Of a stretch of DNA of 64,000 nt, positions 28,244-36,493 are shown in pieces. Source of the DNA: Patescibacteria group bacterium (GTDB lineage: Bacteria > Patescibacteriota > Patescibacteriia > XYB2-FULL-38-15); contig JBAZEY010000001.1 of assembly GCA_041653675.1 (NCBI GenBank), forward strand, positions 98 through 64,097, in the 5' to 3' direction. The position numbers and the translations under genes were made by a program. The notes beneath the pieces are model-generated. The model did not search any database, was not told the origin of the DNA, and saw only the letters and a list, made by a program, of their open reading frames with translations. The first letter of the stretch is position 1. Every line of letters starts with the position of its first letter.

Positions 28244-28846
28244 ATGCTTTCTTTTTTACATAAAACAATCCGTACTTTCGCAATCATCGCCGTCATTGTT
28301 GTTTTTGGATGGCTATCTGTGAAAGCAATTACGCCCAGCGGAAGATTGGCGGCAACTTATGATATGGCGCGCGAGACGCCGTTTATTTCCAAGCTTTATC
28401 CCAAAGACAGGGTTTCGGGAATTTTGCGCGACGCGGACAATACGCCTTATCGTACCTTGCTTCGCGAGCCGGTTTATTTCGACTTAAATCCAATCGATCA
28501 TTTTGAACAAGTGGCCGTGACAGTAAAATATAAAAATCTTAGCGGAGTGCCAGTAAAGTTCGGGGGACTTGGGAGTAAGGAATCATGGTCTTTTGATTTT
28601 CGCGAATTGCCGCCGACGGGAGCAGAACCGCGAATAATTACTGAAATTTTTGATTTTAGAAAACTCGCCCCCGAAGGACGGAAGTTTAGATTTGGTTTTT
28701 CTACGCCGGGCGCAGAAAATGGCGACGTGGAGATTTTTGCAATAGAAGCGCTTTTCACTCGAAAGCCGCTTACTGAAAAAGAGGTGGTTAATAAAATTCT
28801 TGACGCAGTAGTAAAGAGACTGAATATAATTTTCGGTTCAGAATAA
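28244..28846 (+). CDS. Hypothetical protein with N-terminal TM anchor
   Basis: ORF tightly packed after the upstream gene; AT-rich host-like composition; no recognisable motif. Confidence 0.4.
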   Translation: MLSFLHKTIRTFAIIAVIVVFGWLSVKAITPSGRLAATYDMARETPFISKLYPKDRVSGILRDADNTPYRTLLREPVYFDLNPIDHFEQVAVTVKYKNLSGVPVKFGGLGSKESWSFDFRELPPTGAEPRIITEIFDFRKLAPEGRKFRFGFSTPGAENGDVEIFAIEALFTRKPLTEKEVVNKILDAVVKRLNIIFGSE

Positions 28847-28849
28847 TTT

Positions 28850-29050
28850 ATGAAAGCCAAAGATTTTTTTTACAAAACATTTAGAGACTTGTTTGGCGTT
28901 TCTTTTGCCGCCCTTGTATTTTTTTCTCTTTTGGAATGGTTCCAACCCGGCTTTGTGAGTTTTTATATTAGTTTTAATTTACTCTTGATGATTCCGTTTA
29001 TATCTGGTATTCTGACAATACTATTGGATAAACAAAAAATTAAAGAATAA
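28850..29050 (+). CDS. Small hydrophobic membrane protein (66 aa)
   Basis: Two predicted TM helices; starts 4 bp after the upstream stop. Confidence 0.35.
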   Translation: MKAKDFFYKTFRDLFGVSFAALVFFSLLEWFQPGFVSFYISFNLLLMIPFISGILTILLDKQKIKE

Positions 29051-29054
29051 AAAT

Positions 29055-29462
29055 ATGGACTGCATTTTTTGTAAAATCATCAAGGGAGAATTGCCTTCAG
29101 TTAAAGTTTATGAAAATCATAAAGTGGTTGCGTTTTTGGATATTAATCCGGTGAATCCCGGCCACACGCTTGTTGTCCCAAAAGAGCATTTTGAAAATTT
29201 GCTTGATGGAGGCGATGAAATTCTAAAAGAAATTATGCTCACGATAAAAAAAGTTGCTTGGGGCGTAACGAAAGCATTTGATCTAAAGGGTTTTAATGTC
29301 GGCCAAAATAACGGCGCGATCGCCGGCCAGGTTGTGCCGCATTTGCATTGGCACATTATTCCGCGGTTTGAAAATGATGGGCTGGAGGCATGGTCCAGAA
29401 AAGAATATGGGGAAGGGGAGATGGCGGAAGTTGGAGAAAAAATTAGAAAAGAAATTGTATGA
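29055..29462 (+). CDS. HIT-family (histidine triad) nucleotide hydrolase
   Basis: HTLVVPKEH...HLHWHIIPR (HxHxHxx motif). Confidence 0.8.
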   Translation: MDCIFCKIIKGELPSVKVYENHKVVAFLDINPVNPGHTLVVPKEHFENLLDGGDEILKEIMLTIKKVAWGVTKAFDLKGFNVGQNNGAIAGQVVPHLHWHIIPRFENDGLEAWSRKEYGEGEMAEVGEKIRKEIV

Positions 29463-30007
29463 AAAAATGGGAAAAATTAAGTGAAGAAATTTTGCACAAA
29501 AATCCGTGGTGGACATACAGGCACGAAAAATATGTATTACCAAACGGCAAAGAAGGAAATTATTATTACATGCACACAAATGGTGGCGCATTAGTGATTC
29601 CGGTTTTAGATGATGGGCGGATTGTTATGGTTAGACAGCGGCATTATCTTTTCAAACGAGAAAGCATAGAGTTTCCCAGGGGTGGAGTGAAAGAAAACCA
29701 ATCTTATGAAGAGGCGGCGCGCGCCGAATTTGAGGAAGAAGCCGGTTACAAGGTCGGCGAACTACGTTTGATTGGGGAGATAGCTCCAAATATTGGGTTA
29801 GATGATGAGATAATGAAAATATTTTTGGCGAAAAAATTGGAGAAGACAAAGAGCCATCCTGACGAGACTGAGGAAATTGAAATTTTATTTAAGACGCCGG
29901 AAGAAATCGATAAAATGGTAGAAACAAATGAAATTTGGGACGGCCAAGTTTTGGCGGCATGGGCCTTGGCAAGAAAATATTTTATAAAGGGCAAAGCCCT
30001 GTGTTGA
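29459..30007 (+). CDS. NUDIX hydrolase (ADP-ribose pyrophosphatase-like)
   Basis: Nudix box GGVKENQSYEEAARAEFEEEAGY; ATGA overlap with the HIT gene. Confidence 0.75.
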   Translation: MKKWEKLSEEILHKNPWWTYRHEKYVLPNGKEGNYYYMHTNGGALVIPVLDDGRIVMVRQRHYLFKRESIEFPRGGVKENQSYEEAARAEFEEEAGYKVGELRLIGEIAPNIGLDDEIMKIFLAKKLEKTKSHPDETEEIEILFKTPEEIDKMVETNEIWDGQVLAAWALARKYFIKGKALC

Positions 30008-30068
30008 CTGCGCTCGTTCGGAAATGAAAATAAAATTTTCGTTTCTCTCACTCGCTTGTCAATAAAAA
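30002..30068. repeat. ~65-bp hairpin-forming intergenic repeat, copy R1
   Basis: tgttgactgcgctcgttcggaaatgaaaataaaattttcgtttctctcactcgcttgtcaataaa. Homologous copies lie at 49756-49819 and 58842-58908. The core stem is gaaatgaaaa/ttttcatttc. Confidence 0.65.
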
Positions 30069-30076
30069 ATAAAAAT

Positions 30077-31090
30077 ATGAATTTATTAGTTTGTGGCGGA
30101 GCGGGGTTTATCGGTTCAAACTTTGTCCGGCAAATGTTAAAAAAATATCCGGATTACAAAATCGTAAATTACGATAAGCTGACTTACGCCGGCAATTTGG
30201 ATAATCTGCTCGACGTGGAAAAAAATCCAAACTACACTTTTGTCCGGGGTGATATTTGTGATTTAGAAAAGTTAAACCAAGTTATTGCCGAGCATAAAAT
30301 TAGCCATGTAATTAATTTTGCGGCGGAAACGCACGTTGACCGCTCCATCCACGGCGGCTGTAAAGATTTTGTTATGACTAATACTTTGGGTGTGCAGATG
30401 ATTTTGGACGCCGTGCGGGCCAATAGTATAGAAAAGTTTGTGAATGTTTCAACTGACGAAGTTTACGGCGCTCTTGGGCTTGATGAGGATAGAAAATTTA
30501 CGGAAATCACGCCAATCTGGCCCAATATGCCTTATGCCGCGGCCAAAGCCGGAGGAGATTTAATGTGCAATGCTTATTTTGTCACTCATAAAGTTCCGGT
30601 CGTGGTTACACATTGTTCTAATAATTATGGCCCGTATCAATTCCCCGAAAAAATAATTCCGTATTTTATTTTCCGACTGTTCGGCGGACAAAAAGTTCCG
30701 GTTTACGGCGATGGCTTGTATGTCCGCGACTGGATCCACGTGACCGATCACGCGGCCGCTCTTGATTTACTGCTTCATAAAGGCGTCGTGGGTGAGGTTT
30801 ATAATATCGGCGTTGATAATGAACGCAGTAATATGGAGATTACCAAGATGATGTTAAAAATTATGGGCAAGGGGGAAGAAATGATTGAACACGTGACTGA
30901 CCGGCCGGGACACGATCGCCGTTATGCGATTGATGCGTCAAAAATTTTGGCGTTAGGATGGAACCCGGAATATGGCCGCGATAAATTTGAACAAGGTTTG
31001 CGCGAGACTGTGGAATGGTATTTGGCAAATAAAGAATGGGTGGAAAAATTACAAAAAAGAAAAGAAGAATTAAATCCACACATTAAATAA
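30077..31090 (+). CDS. rfbB: dTDP-glucose 4,6-dehydratase
   Basis: MNLLVCGGAGFIGSNF Rossmann, YAAAKAGGD (YxxxK), YTFVRGDICD. The ORF-track start at 30056 is a TTG inside repeat R1; ATG 30077 is preferred. Confidence 0.8.
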   Translation: MNLLVCGGAGFIGSNFVRQMLKKYPDYKIVNYDKLTYAGNLDNLLDVEKNPNYTFVRGDICDLEKLNQVIAEHKISHVINFAAETHVDRSIHGGCKDFVMTNTLGVQMILDAVRANSIEKFVNVSTDEVYGALGLDEDRKFTEITPIWPNMPYAAAKAGGDLMCNAYFVTHKVPVVVTHCSNNYGPYQFPEKIIPYFIFRLFGGQKVPVYGDGLYVRDWIHVTDHAAALDLLLHKGVVGEVYNIGVDNERSNMEITKMMLKIMGKGEEMIEHVTDRPGHDRRYAIDASKILALGWNPEYGRDKFEQGLRETVEWYLANKEWVEKLQKRKEELNPHIK

Positions 31091-31095
31091 AAATT

Positions 31096-31518
31096 ATGGC
31101 GAAAGAATTTAAAGTTTTTGAATTAAAAAAGGTTGATACGCCAAAATTTGTCATGAGTCCGGTAGAATTGAAAGATTATATTGATTTTGAAGTGAAGCGC
31201 GTTTATTTTATTACAAAGCCCGCGGCGCCGACCGGTGCGCATTGCCATAAAGTTGAAGAAGAATTTTTTGTTTTGATTGCCGGAAGTTGTACAGCTGTTG
31301 TTGACCGAGGCCAGGGACTTGAAGAAATTCCGCTCACTGGTCCGACCGGGGCGATGTATATTCCAAATTTTGTTTGGCATCATTTTAAAGATTTTTCTCC
31401 GGACGCCATTCTTTTGGCGCTTTCATCGACAAATTATAATCCTGATCGGAGCGACTATATTGAAGACTATGAAGAATTTAAAAAGGCGAGCCCGTATTAT
31501 CGGGGTAGTGAAAATTAA
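31096..31518 (+). CDS. Cupin-fold dTDP-4-keto-6-deoxy-sugar 3,4-ketoisomerase (FdtA/WxcM-like)
   Basis: 140-aa cupin with a HCHK...EEFFVLIAGS pattern characteristic of the FdtA/QdtA family; sits between rfbB and rfbD/rfbA. Confidence 0.55.
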   Translation: MAKEFKVFELKKVDTPKFVMSPVELKDYIDFEVKRVYFITKPAAPTGAHCHKVEEEFFVLIAGSCTAVVDRGQGLEEIPLTGPTGAMYIPNFVWHHFKDFSPDAILLALSSTNYNPDRSDYIEDYEEFKKASPYYRGSEN

Positions 31519-31529
31519 AGCATAAACAT

Positions 31530-31748
31530 ATGGAAAATAGTTTTTTTTCCGGAGAAAACATAAAGAGCCTGGGAAGCCTAGAGGAGGAAAGAAAAATGAG
31601 AGAACGCGTGCAGAGTTTGGAAGGGATGATTAGAAAAGGCGGAGAGCAAGGCGAGAAGGCTAAAAAGGCATTACTTAGAGAATTCGGTCCTAAGGCTCTG
31701 GGGTTAGTTGTAGAATTACAAAGAGAAATAAAAAAGAATAAAAAATAG
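31530..31748 (+). CDS. Small charged hypothetical protein (72 aa)
   Basis: ORF with host-like AT composition, Lys/Glu-rich; followed by the terminator at 31764. Confidence 0.3.
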   Translation: MENSFFSGENIKSLGSLEEERKMRERVQSLEGMIRKGGEQGEKAKKALLREFGPKALGLVVELQREIKKNKK

Positions 31749-31763
31749 AATAAATTTATAAAT

Positions 31764-31790
31764 AAAAAAGCGGCCAAACGGCCGTTTTTT
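31764..31790 (+). terminator. Rho-independent terminator (gcggcc aaac ggccgt + T6)
   Basis: Stem plus T-run; immediately followed by TTGACA (31795-31800) at the edge of the GC-rich islet. Confidence 0.6.
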
Positions 31791-31873
31791 AGTATTGACA
31801 TTTTGGTTTTTATATCTTAACCTTATCAATATCAAAGAGGAGCCAAAGGGGCTTCAAGAAAGGAAAGAAGAAG

Positions 31874-32446
31874 ATGGCAGTGATCACGTTGGAGGGGGCC
31901 GTGCGCAGGCTGGACGGCGCATTCGTTTACCTCGAACCAGAGGAGGTGGCGGCGAGAAAACTCTCCGAGGGCAAAGGGGTCGAGCTCTGGTACTTCGATC
32001 CGGCGACCGGACGAATCGCTCGTGGCGATGGCAAGTTCTTCGACATCCGCATGGTGGACCGCGGCGGGTGGGGGCAGATCGTGCTCTACGAGGAGCCGAA
32101 CGTGCCGCAGTCGGCGGATCCCACTATGCCGCGCATCGTGGGCCACGTCGTGATCGAGACGACCCGCAGGTACGGCGCACTGCTCGTACGCGTGCACAAG
32201 GCCACGGGCCTGAACGGCGGGATTCTGGAGCTCAAGCCGTCCAGCATCTCCAAGGGCGAACTGGCCGAGAGAGGTCTCGAGCCTGTCGGCTATTTCGAGG
32301 CCAGTCCCCAGCGCATCATGGGCATGATCGCCGTCTACCTCATGGAGACGGACTTCCCGGAAGAGGAAGGCAGGACTGTGCTCCAGTTCTTCAAGCACTC
32401 CACCGACGGGCGGTCGCTCGCGGCCCTGGCCAAGGCCGGCCTGTAG
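31874..32446 (+). CDS. Hypothetical protein (190 aa) in GC-rich islet 2
   Basis: About 62% GC coding sequence with high-GC third positions. The overlapping 296-aa frame-1 ORF and the 213-aa antisense ORF are Arg-rich artefacts. AGGAAAG precedes the ATG by 9 nt. Confidence 0.5.
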   Translation: MAVITLEGAVRRLDGAFVYLEPEEVAARKLSEGKGVELWYFDPATGRIARGDGKFFDIRMVDRGGWGQIVLYEEPNVPQSADPTMPRIVGHVVIETTRRYGALLVRVHKATGLNGGILELKPSSISKGELAERGLEPVGYFEASPQRIMGMIAVYLMETDFPEEEGRTVLQFFKHSTDGRSLAALAKAGL

Positions 32447-32466
32447 TCGGCTACGGGAGGAATATC

Positions 32467-32685
32467 GTGGCAAGGTTGCACAAGCCCAAGAAGAAGCGCA
32501 GCAAGCTGGAGAGGATCCGGCACGAGAAGTTCGAGATCGCCAAGATCATCTATCGTGCGGAGGCGGGCCGCACTTGTCCCGAGGAGAAGATGAACAAGTT
32601 TCTCGCCCGCTGGCACGCTCTCTGCAACGAGGAGTTGCGCGCCATGGTCGAGGCGTCGAAGGTGCGCAAGGCCGCCGCGGCCTGA
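32467..32685 (+). CDS. Small basic protein (72 aa), GTG start
   Basis: GGGAGG-aatatc-GTG (strong SD, 6-nt spacer). Product VARLHKPKKKRSKLERIRHEKFEIAKIIYRAEAGRTCPEEKMNKFLARWHALCNEELRAMVEASKVRKAAAA. GC-rich. Confidence 0.5.
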   Translation: MARLHKPKKKRSKLERIRHEKFEIAKIIYRAEAGRTCPEEKMNKFLARWHALCNEELRAMVEASKVRKAAAA

Positions 32686-32725
32686 TCTAGACAAGAACAA
32701 GGAGGACAGAAACACACACCGTTTT

Positions 32726-32782
32726 TTGCAGCATCTGCTGCCGAAAGCGGTGTTTTTTTATACACTTTGTGCTATTATAAAA
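32726..32782 (+). terminator. Compound terminator (acacaccgtttttt - inner hairpin gcagcatctgctgc - cggtgttttttt), followed by an extended -10-like TGcTATTAT
   Basis: Outer stem acaccg/cggtgt with T-run. The same acaccgtttt...cggtgtttttt arrangement recurs at 33218-33262. Confidence 0.5.
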
Positions 32783-32824
32783 ATTGGGGAAAAGCCAGCG
32801 CATTGGCTGGTGAAGGAGGAGAAG

Positions 32825-33211
32825 ATGGAAGAACAAGGAGTGACTAAGCATGTTCCCGATCGAGCAGTCGTGAGTCTCGTAAATCGGATCCTTCTGCGGG
32901 CGATTGAGCTCAAGGCGGATGAGATCTACGTCGGACCCGACGAAGAAGGAATCGCGGCCAGCGAATTTGCTATTAGCTATTTGGTCAACGGCAAACTGTA
33001 TTCGCGGGAGGCGATGATGAGGTCGACGTGTGTGAATATCATCGCCCACTTCAAAGAGCTGGGCAGGCTCAATCACGCGAAACGGGACACGCGGCAGGAG
33101 GGTGATTTCCTGACGAAGGGCGAGGGTCGGGAATGGATTTTCCGTATCACTGTCGAACCGGCACCGCCGTTCGGTGAGAAGGTGATCGCCAAGCTCGTTC
33201 GGCGTTCCTAG
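32825..33211 (+). CDS. N-terminal (N2) domain fragment of a PilB/GspE/PilT-class secretion ATPase, stand-alone or truncated; no Walker A/ATPase core
   Basis: VVSLVNRILLRAIELKADEIYVGPDEE...ISYLVNGKLYSRE...REWIFRITVEPAPPFGEKVIAKLV matches the start of the T2SSE ATPase family (vklvn.il..Ai...ASDIHiEp...vRyRiDG.L...dlRVstlPt.yGEkvVlRlL). SD AAGGAGGA lies 5 nt before ATG 32825. The ORF stops about 15 residues before where Walker A would be. Confidence 0.55.
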   Translation: MEEQGVTKHVPDRAVVSLVNRILLRAIELKADEIYVGPDEEGIAASEFAISYLVNGKLYSREAMMRSTCVNIIAHFKELGRLNHAKRDTRQEGDFLTKGEGREWIFRITVEPAPPFGEKVIAKLVRRS

Positions 33212-33217
33212 AGAAGT

Positions 33218-33262
33218 ACACCGTTTTGGCAACTGAACATTGCCGGGACGGTGTTTTTTATT
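33218..33262 (+). terminator. Rho-independent terminator (acaccgt ... acggtgt + T6)
   Basis: 7-bp stem with a 23-nt loop and T-run; marks the 3' boundary of GC-rich islet 2. Confidence 0.55.
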
Positions 33263-33340
33263 TTAGATTTAAGGATTGACGAAAAGCGGTGATTTTAGTA
33301 AAGTAGAAAGAGTGGTAAAAAGTTAAAATTTAGCTTAAAT

Positions 33341-34183
33341 ATGAAGGTTTTAATCATTGGAGCAAAGGGAATGTTGGGGCAGGAGTTGGTCCAAGAATTT
33401 GGCGGGAACGGTTATGATGTGGTGGGATTTGATAAAGAAGAAATTGATATTACAAAAAAAGAAGAAGTTAGTAAAAAAATATCCGACCTAAAACCGGAAA
33501 TTATTATTAACGCCGCGGCTTACAATGCGGTGGACAAAATTGAAGAAGGGGAGAAAGATTTGGCGGAAAGAGTTAATGGTTATGCTGTGGGAAATTTATC
33601 TCTGGCAGCCGGAGCAGTGGGCGCGACTTTAGTTCACTACAGTACTGATTATGTTTTTGACGGGAAAGAAATTGATGGCTATAAAGAAGACGCTCGGCCA
33701 AATCCACAGAGTATTTATGCGATGTCAAAACGGCTAGGCGAAGATCAGTTGAAAAATGAAAAATATTATTTAATAAGAACCTCAAGATTGTTTGGTAAGC
33801 CAGCCATAAGTGAAGGAGCAAAAAAAGGTTTTGTTGATGTGATGCTGAGGTGCGCGGAGGAAAAAGATTGTTTGGAGCTAGTTGACGAGGAAGTGAGTTC
33901 GCCAACTTATGTCTCGGATCTCGCTCGGCGGACAAGAGAAATTATCGAATGGAAAAAAATATTTGGAATTTATCATGTAACAAATGAAGGTTCGTGTACT
34001 TGGTATGGTTGGGCGAAGAAGATATTTGAAATATCCGGTAAAAATGTTAAATTGGTACCGGTGGGAACTGATAAATTTCCAAGGCCAGCCAAAAGGCCAA
34101 AGTATTCAATCCTTTTAAATACAAAATTGCCGCCGATGCGAAAATGGGAAGAGGCATTGACGGATTATTTAAAAATAAAATAA
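33341..34183 (+). CDS. rfbD: dTDP-4-dehydrorhamnose reductase
   Basis: MKVLIIGAKGMLGQEL Rossmann; NAAAYNAVDK; RmlD-like length and order. Confidence 0.75.
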   Translation: MKVLIIGAKGMLGQELVQEFGGNGYDVVGFDKEEIDITKKEEVSKKISDLKPEIIINAAAYNAVDKIEEGEKDLAERVNGYAVGNLSLAAGAVGATLVHYSTDYVFDGKEIDGYKEDARPNPQSIYAMSKRLGEDQLKNEKYYLIRTSRLFGKPAISEGAKKGFVDVMLRCAEEKDCLELVDEEVSSPTYVSDLARRTREIIEWKKIFGIYHVTNEGSCTWYGWAKKIFEISGKNVKLVPVGTDKFPRPAKRPKYSILLNTKLPPMRKWEEALTDYLKIK

Positions 34184-34186
34184 ATT

Positions 34187-35257
34187 ATGAAAGCCCTGAT
34201 TACGGCCGGAGGCAGAGCAACAAGGTTGAGGCCGATAACTTATACAACTAATAAACACTTGATTCCCATCGCCAATAAGCCGATGCTGTTTTATGCGTTG
34301 GAAAAAATCGCCGAGACGGGAGTGAAAGAGGTTGGGATAAATATTAATCCCGGAGAAAAAGAAATCCAACCGGCGGTTGGCGATGGCAGTAGGTGGGGTT
34401 TAAAAATAACATACATTGAACAGTCTGGCGGACCGAAAGGTTTAGCGCATATTGTCAAAAACGCAAAAGATTTTTTAGGCGACGAGCCTTTTATTTTTTA
34501 TCTTGGCGATAATATTATTTTGGGAAGCATCAAGAGATTTGTTGATAAATTTGTTAACGAAAAACTTAATGTCCTTTTGGCTTTTGCCCGTGTATCCGAT
34601 CCGGAACGTTTTGGCGTGCCAGTCATCCAGAATGGGAAAGTACTCCGCGTTGAAGAAAAACCAGCGAACCCCAAAAGTAATTTTGCTCAAACAGGAATTT
34701 ATATTTATGACCACCGTATTTTTGACGCGGTGGAAAATATTCCTCCTTCTCCGCGCGGTGAATATGAAATTTCGGACGCTAATACGTATTTGATTGATAA
34801 GGGCTTTAATGTTGGCTACGAAGAAATTACTGGATGGTGGAAAGACACAGGAAAACCGGAGGATTTACTCGAAGGAAACCAATTGATCTTACACGATTTA
34901 TCAGATATAAAAAATGAGGCCAATGTGGCCCCAGGGGTTGTTATCCAAGGAAAAGTAAAAATTGAAAAAGGAACGTTTATCGGCGGTAAATCTTTAATCC
35001 GCGGTCCGGTCGTGATCGGAACGAATTGTATAATCAATGATAGTTATATCGGACCATACACTTCAATTGGCAATAACACAAAAATCACCAATACAGAGAT
35101 CGAACATTCAATTATTTTTGATAACGCAAATATAAAATGTGGAAAGAGAATTGTTGATAGTTTGATTGGACACAACGCAATCATCGCTTCTTCTTGTGAT
35201 AGTCTACCTCTCGGCCATAAAATGATTATCGGTGATAATTCGGTAGTGGAACTATAA
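34187..35257 (+). CDS. Sugar-1-phosphate nucleotidyltransferase, long form with C-terminal left-handed beta-helix (RfbA/glucose-1-phosphate thymidylyltransferase-like)
   Basis: N-terminus MKALITAGGRATRLRPITYTTNKHLIPIANKPM (G-x-G-T-R-L NTP-transferase motif); C-terminal hexapeptide repeats. Confidence 0.7.
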   Translation: MKALITAGGRATRLRPITYTTNKHLIPIANKPMLFYALEKIAETGVKEVGININPGEKEIQPAVGDGSRWGLKITYIEQSGGPKGLAHIVKNAKDFLGDEPFIFYLGDNIILGSIKRFVDKFVNEKLNVLLAFARVSDPERFGVPVIQNGKVLRVEEKPANPKSNFAQTGIYIYDHRIFDAVENIPPSPRGEYEISDANTYLIDKGFNVGYEEITGWWKDTGKPEDLLEGNQLILHDLSDIKNEANVAPGVVIQGKVKIEKGTFIGGKSLIRGPVVIGTNCIINDSYIGPYTSIGNNTKITNTEIEHSIIFDNANIKCGKRIVDSLIGHNAIIASSCDSLPLGHKMIIGDNSVVEL

Positions 35258-35271
35258 AATTAAGAATAAAT

Positions 35272-36426
35272 TTAATAAGGGAGTTCAAAAACTCCTTTTT
35301 TGTTTCCAAGAATCCCAGAGAAATAGATGCTCTGTTTTATGGGGTTAACAAAGAAATCATTAATTTCCGTCGGGGTTATAATATCAACAACGTTTCTTTG
35401 GTCCCGTTCGTCGAGTTCGATAATTTTTATGGTTCCGTCCAAGAGTACGGCAATGTAATTTTCATTAACCCAATTAATTTTTTTTATCTCCTGGCTATAG
35501 CGGCTAACAAATTTATTTTCTTCAGTGGATAAATTATAAGTCCAAATTTCAAAATCAATCGTGTAAAGAAGTTTTTTCCCGTCAGCCGACCAAACCATTT
35601 TGTCGGCATTGGTTTCAAAAAGAATATCCATTGAAGGAGGCTTAACTATTGAAAGATGTTTTCCTTTTTGGTCAAGCGCGGCGACTACGCCAGAATATCC
35701 GGCCGAGACATCTAAGGTTGGGAGAAGGCGGGCATCGGCGGAATTTATGGGAACGCCCCGGAAGGTTAAATAAAAATCAGATAATTTTTGGTAAACAGAT
35801 ATTCCTTCGGTTTGGGTATTTATTAAAATATATTTATAGGAATCGGTCGGCTCAGAAAAGAGAGTGGTGATTAATATTTTTTCATTATCGTTGCTCCATT
35901 CAAGGTTGACAATCTCACTATTTTCTTCGGAAATTCTATAGACTAAACTATTTTTGCTATTTCTAAAATTTAAAAGCCAGACTTCACTTCCCGTTTCTCT
36001 CTTGTCTAGATAAATAATTTTTTCTTTGTTGGGCGCGAGGCTGAATAATTCGGAATTGGTTTCTACAATCTCGGCGGGGAGAGTCTTTCCAAAAAGAGTA
36101 ATATTTTCCGCGAAAGTTGTGAGGCGGCTTTGGACGGGAAGAGTTTTTTGCCAAGGATAAAAATTTTCTTTTTCAATTTTAATAGTGTAATCATCAGGAA
36201 AGAGATTTGCGATTCTGGCTGGGGTTGTTTCCTTTCTTAATTTACCGTTTAAATAAATTGCCGCTCCCGACGGGTTTGATTTTAAAATTAGAATGCCAGT
36301 TTTTTGGAGTTTGTTTGTTTGAAAATTATAACGATATCCGGACGTATAAAGAATAACTATCGGAGTTATAATTAAAAAAATAAAAATGAAGGAGAGATAA
36401 ACGATGCGGCGGTTGCGAATATTCAT
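35272..36426 (-). CDS. PEGA-domain protein with beta-propeller-like C-terminal region and N-terminal TM anchor
   Basis: ILILKSNPSGAAIYLNGKLRKETTPARIANLFPDDYTIKIEKENFYPWQ is a PEGA domain. The preferred start is M26 (MNIRNRRIVYLSFIFIFLII) at 36426; the ORF-track start 36501 would overlap murA. Confidence 0.5.
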   Translation of the reverse strand: MNIRNRRIVYLSFIFIFLIITPIVILYTSGYRYNFQTNKLQKTGILILKSNPSGAAIYLNGKLRKETTPARIANLFPDDYTIKIEKENFYPWQKTLPVQSRLTTFAENITLFGKTLPAEIVETNSELFSLAPNKEKIIYLDKRETGSEVWLLNFRNSKNSLVYRISEENSEIVNLEWSNDNEKILITTLFSEPTDSYKYILINTQTEGISVYQKLSDFYLTFRGVPINSADARLLPTLDVSAGYSGVVAALDQKGKHLSIVKPPSMDILFETNADKMVWSADGKKLLYTIDFEIWTYNLSTEENKFVSRYSQEIKKINWVNENYIAVLLDGTIKIIELDERDQRNVVDIITPTEINDFFVNPIKQSIYFSGILGNKKGVFELPY

Positions 36427-36493
36427 TTTGTGGAAATTATGAATTATGGGTTTGTCTTGATTTTTCGAGAGAAAAAAGTTATAGTTATGGAAT

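Noticed and set aside
30056-30076. N-terminal extension (MSIKNKN) of rfbB; likewise 58896-58916 (MSINFNF) and 7190-7243
   Set aside because: These extensions begin at TTG codons, or at an upstream ATG in the 7190 case. They lie inside intergenic repeats R1 and R3 or AT-rich intergenic DNA. Conserved N-termini (GGAGFIG Rossmann start; MAE.IKK paralog start) indicate the downstream ATGs.
31795-32685. 296-aa frame-1 ORF and 213-aa antisense ORF (31832-32473) in GC-rich islet 2
   Set aside because: Both are Arg-rich and overlap the better-supported 190-aa frame-2 gene. Only the 3' 72 aa of the frame-1 ORF, from GTG 32467 with its own SD, is retained as a gene.
31764-33262. GC-rich islets as chimeric assembly artefacts
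   Set aside because: This cannot be excluded without reads. But each islet is bounded precisely by terminator hairpins, contains complete genes with their own promoters or SDs, and the flanking operon logic continues on both sides (fdtA then rfbD; murG then tRNA-Lys). I report them as insertions with this caveat.
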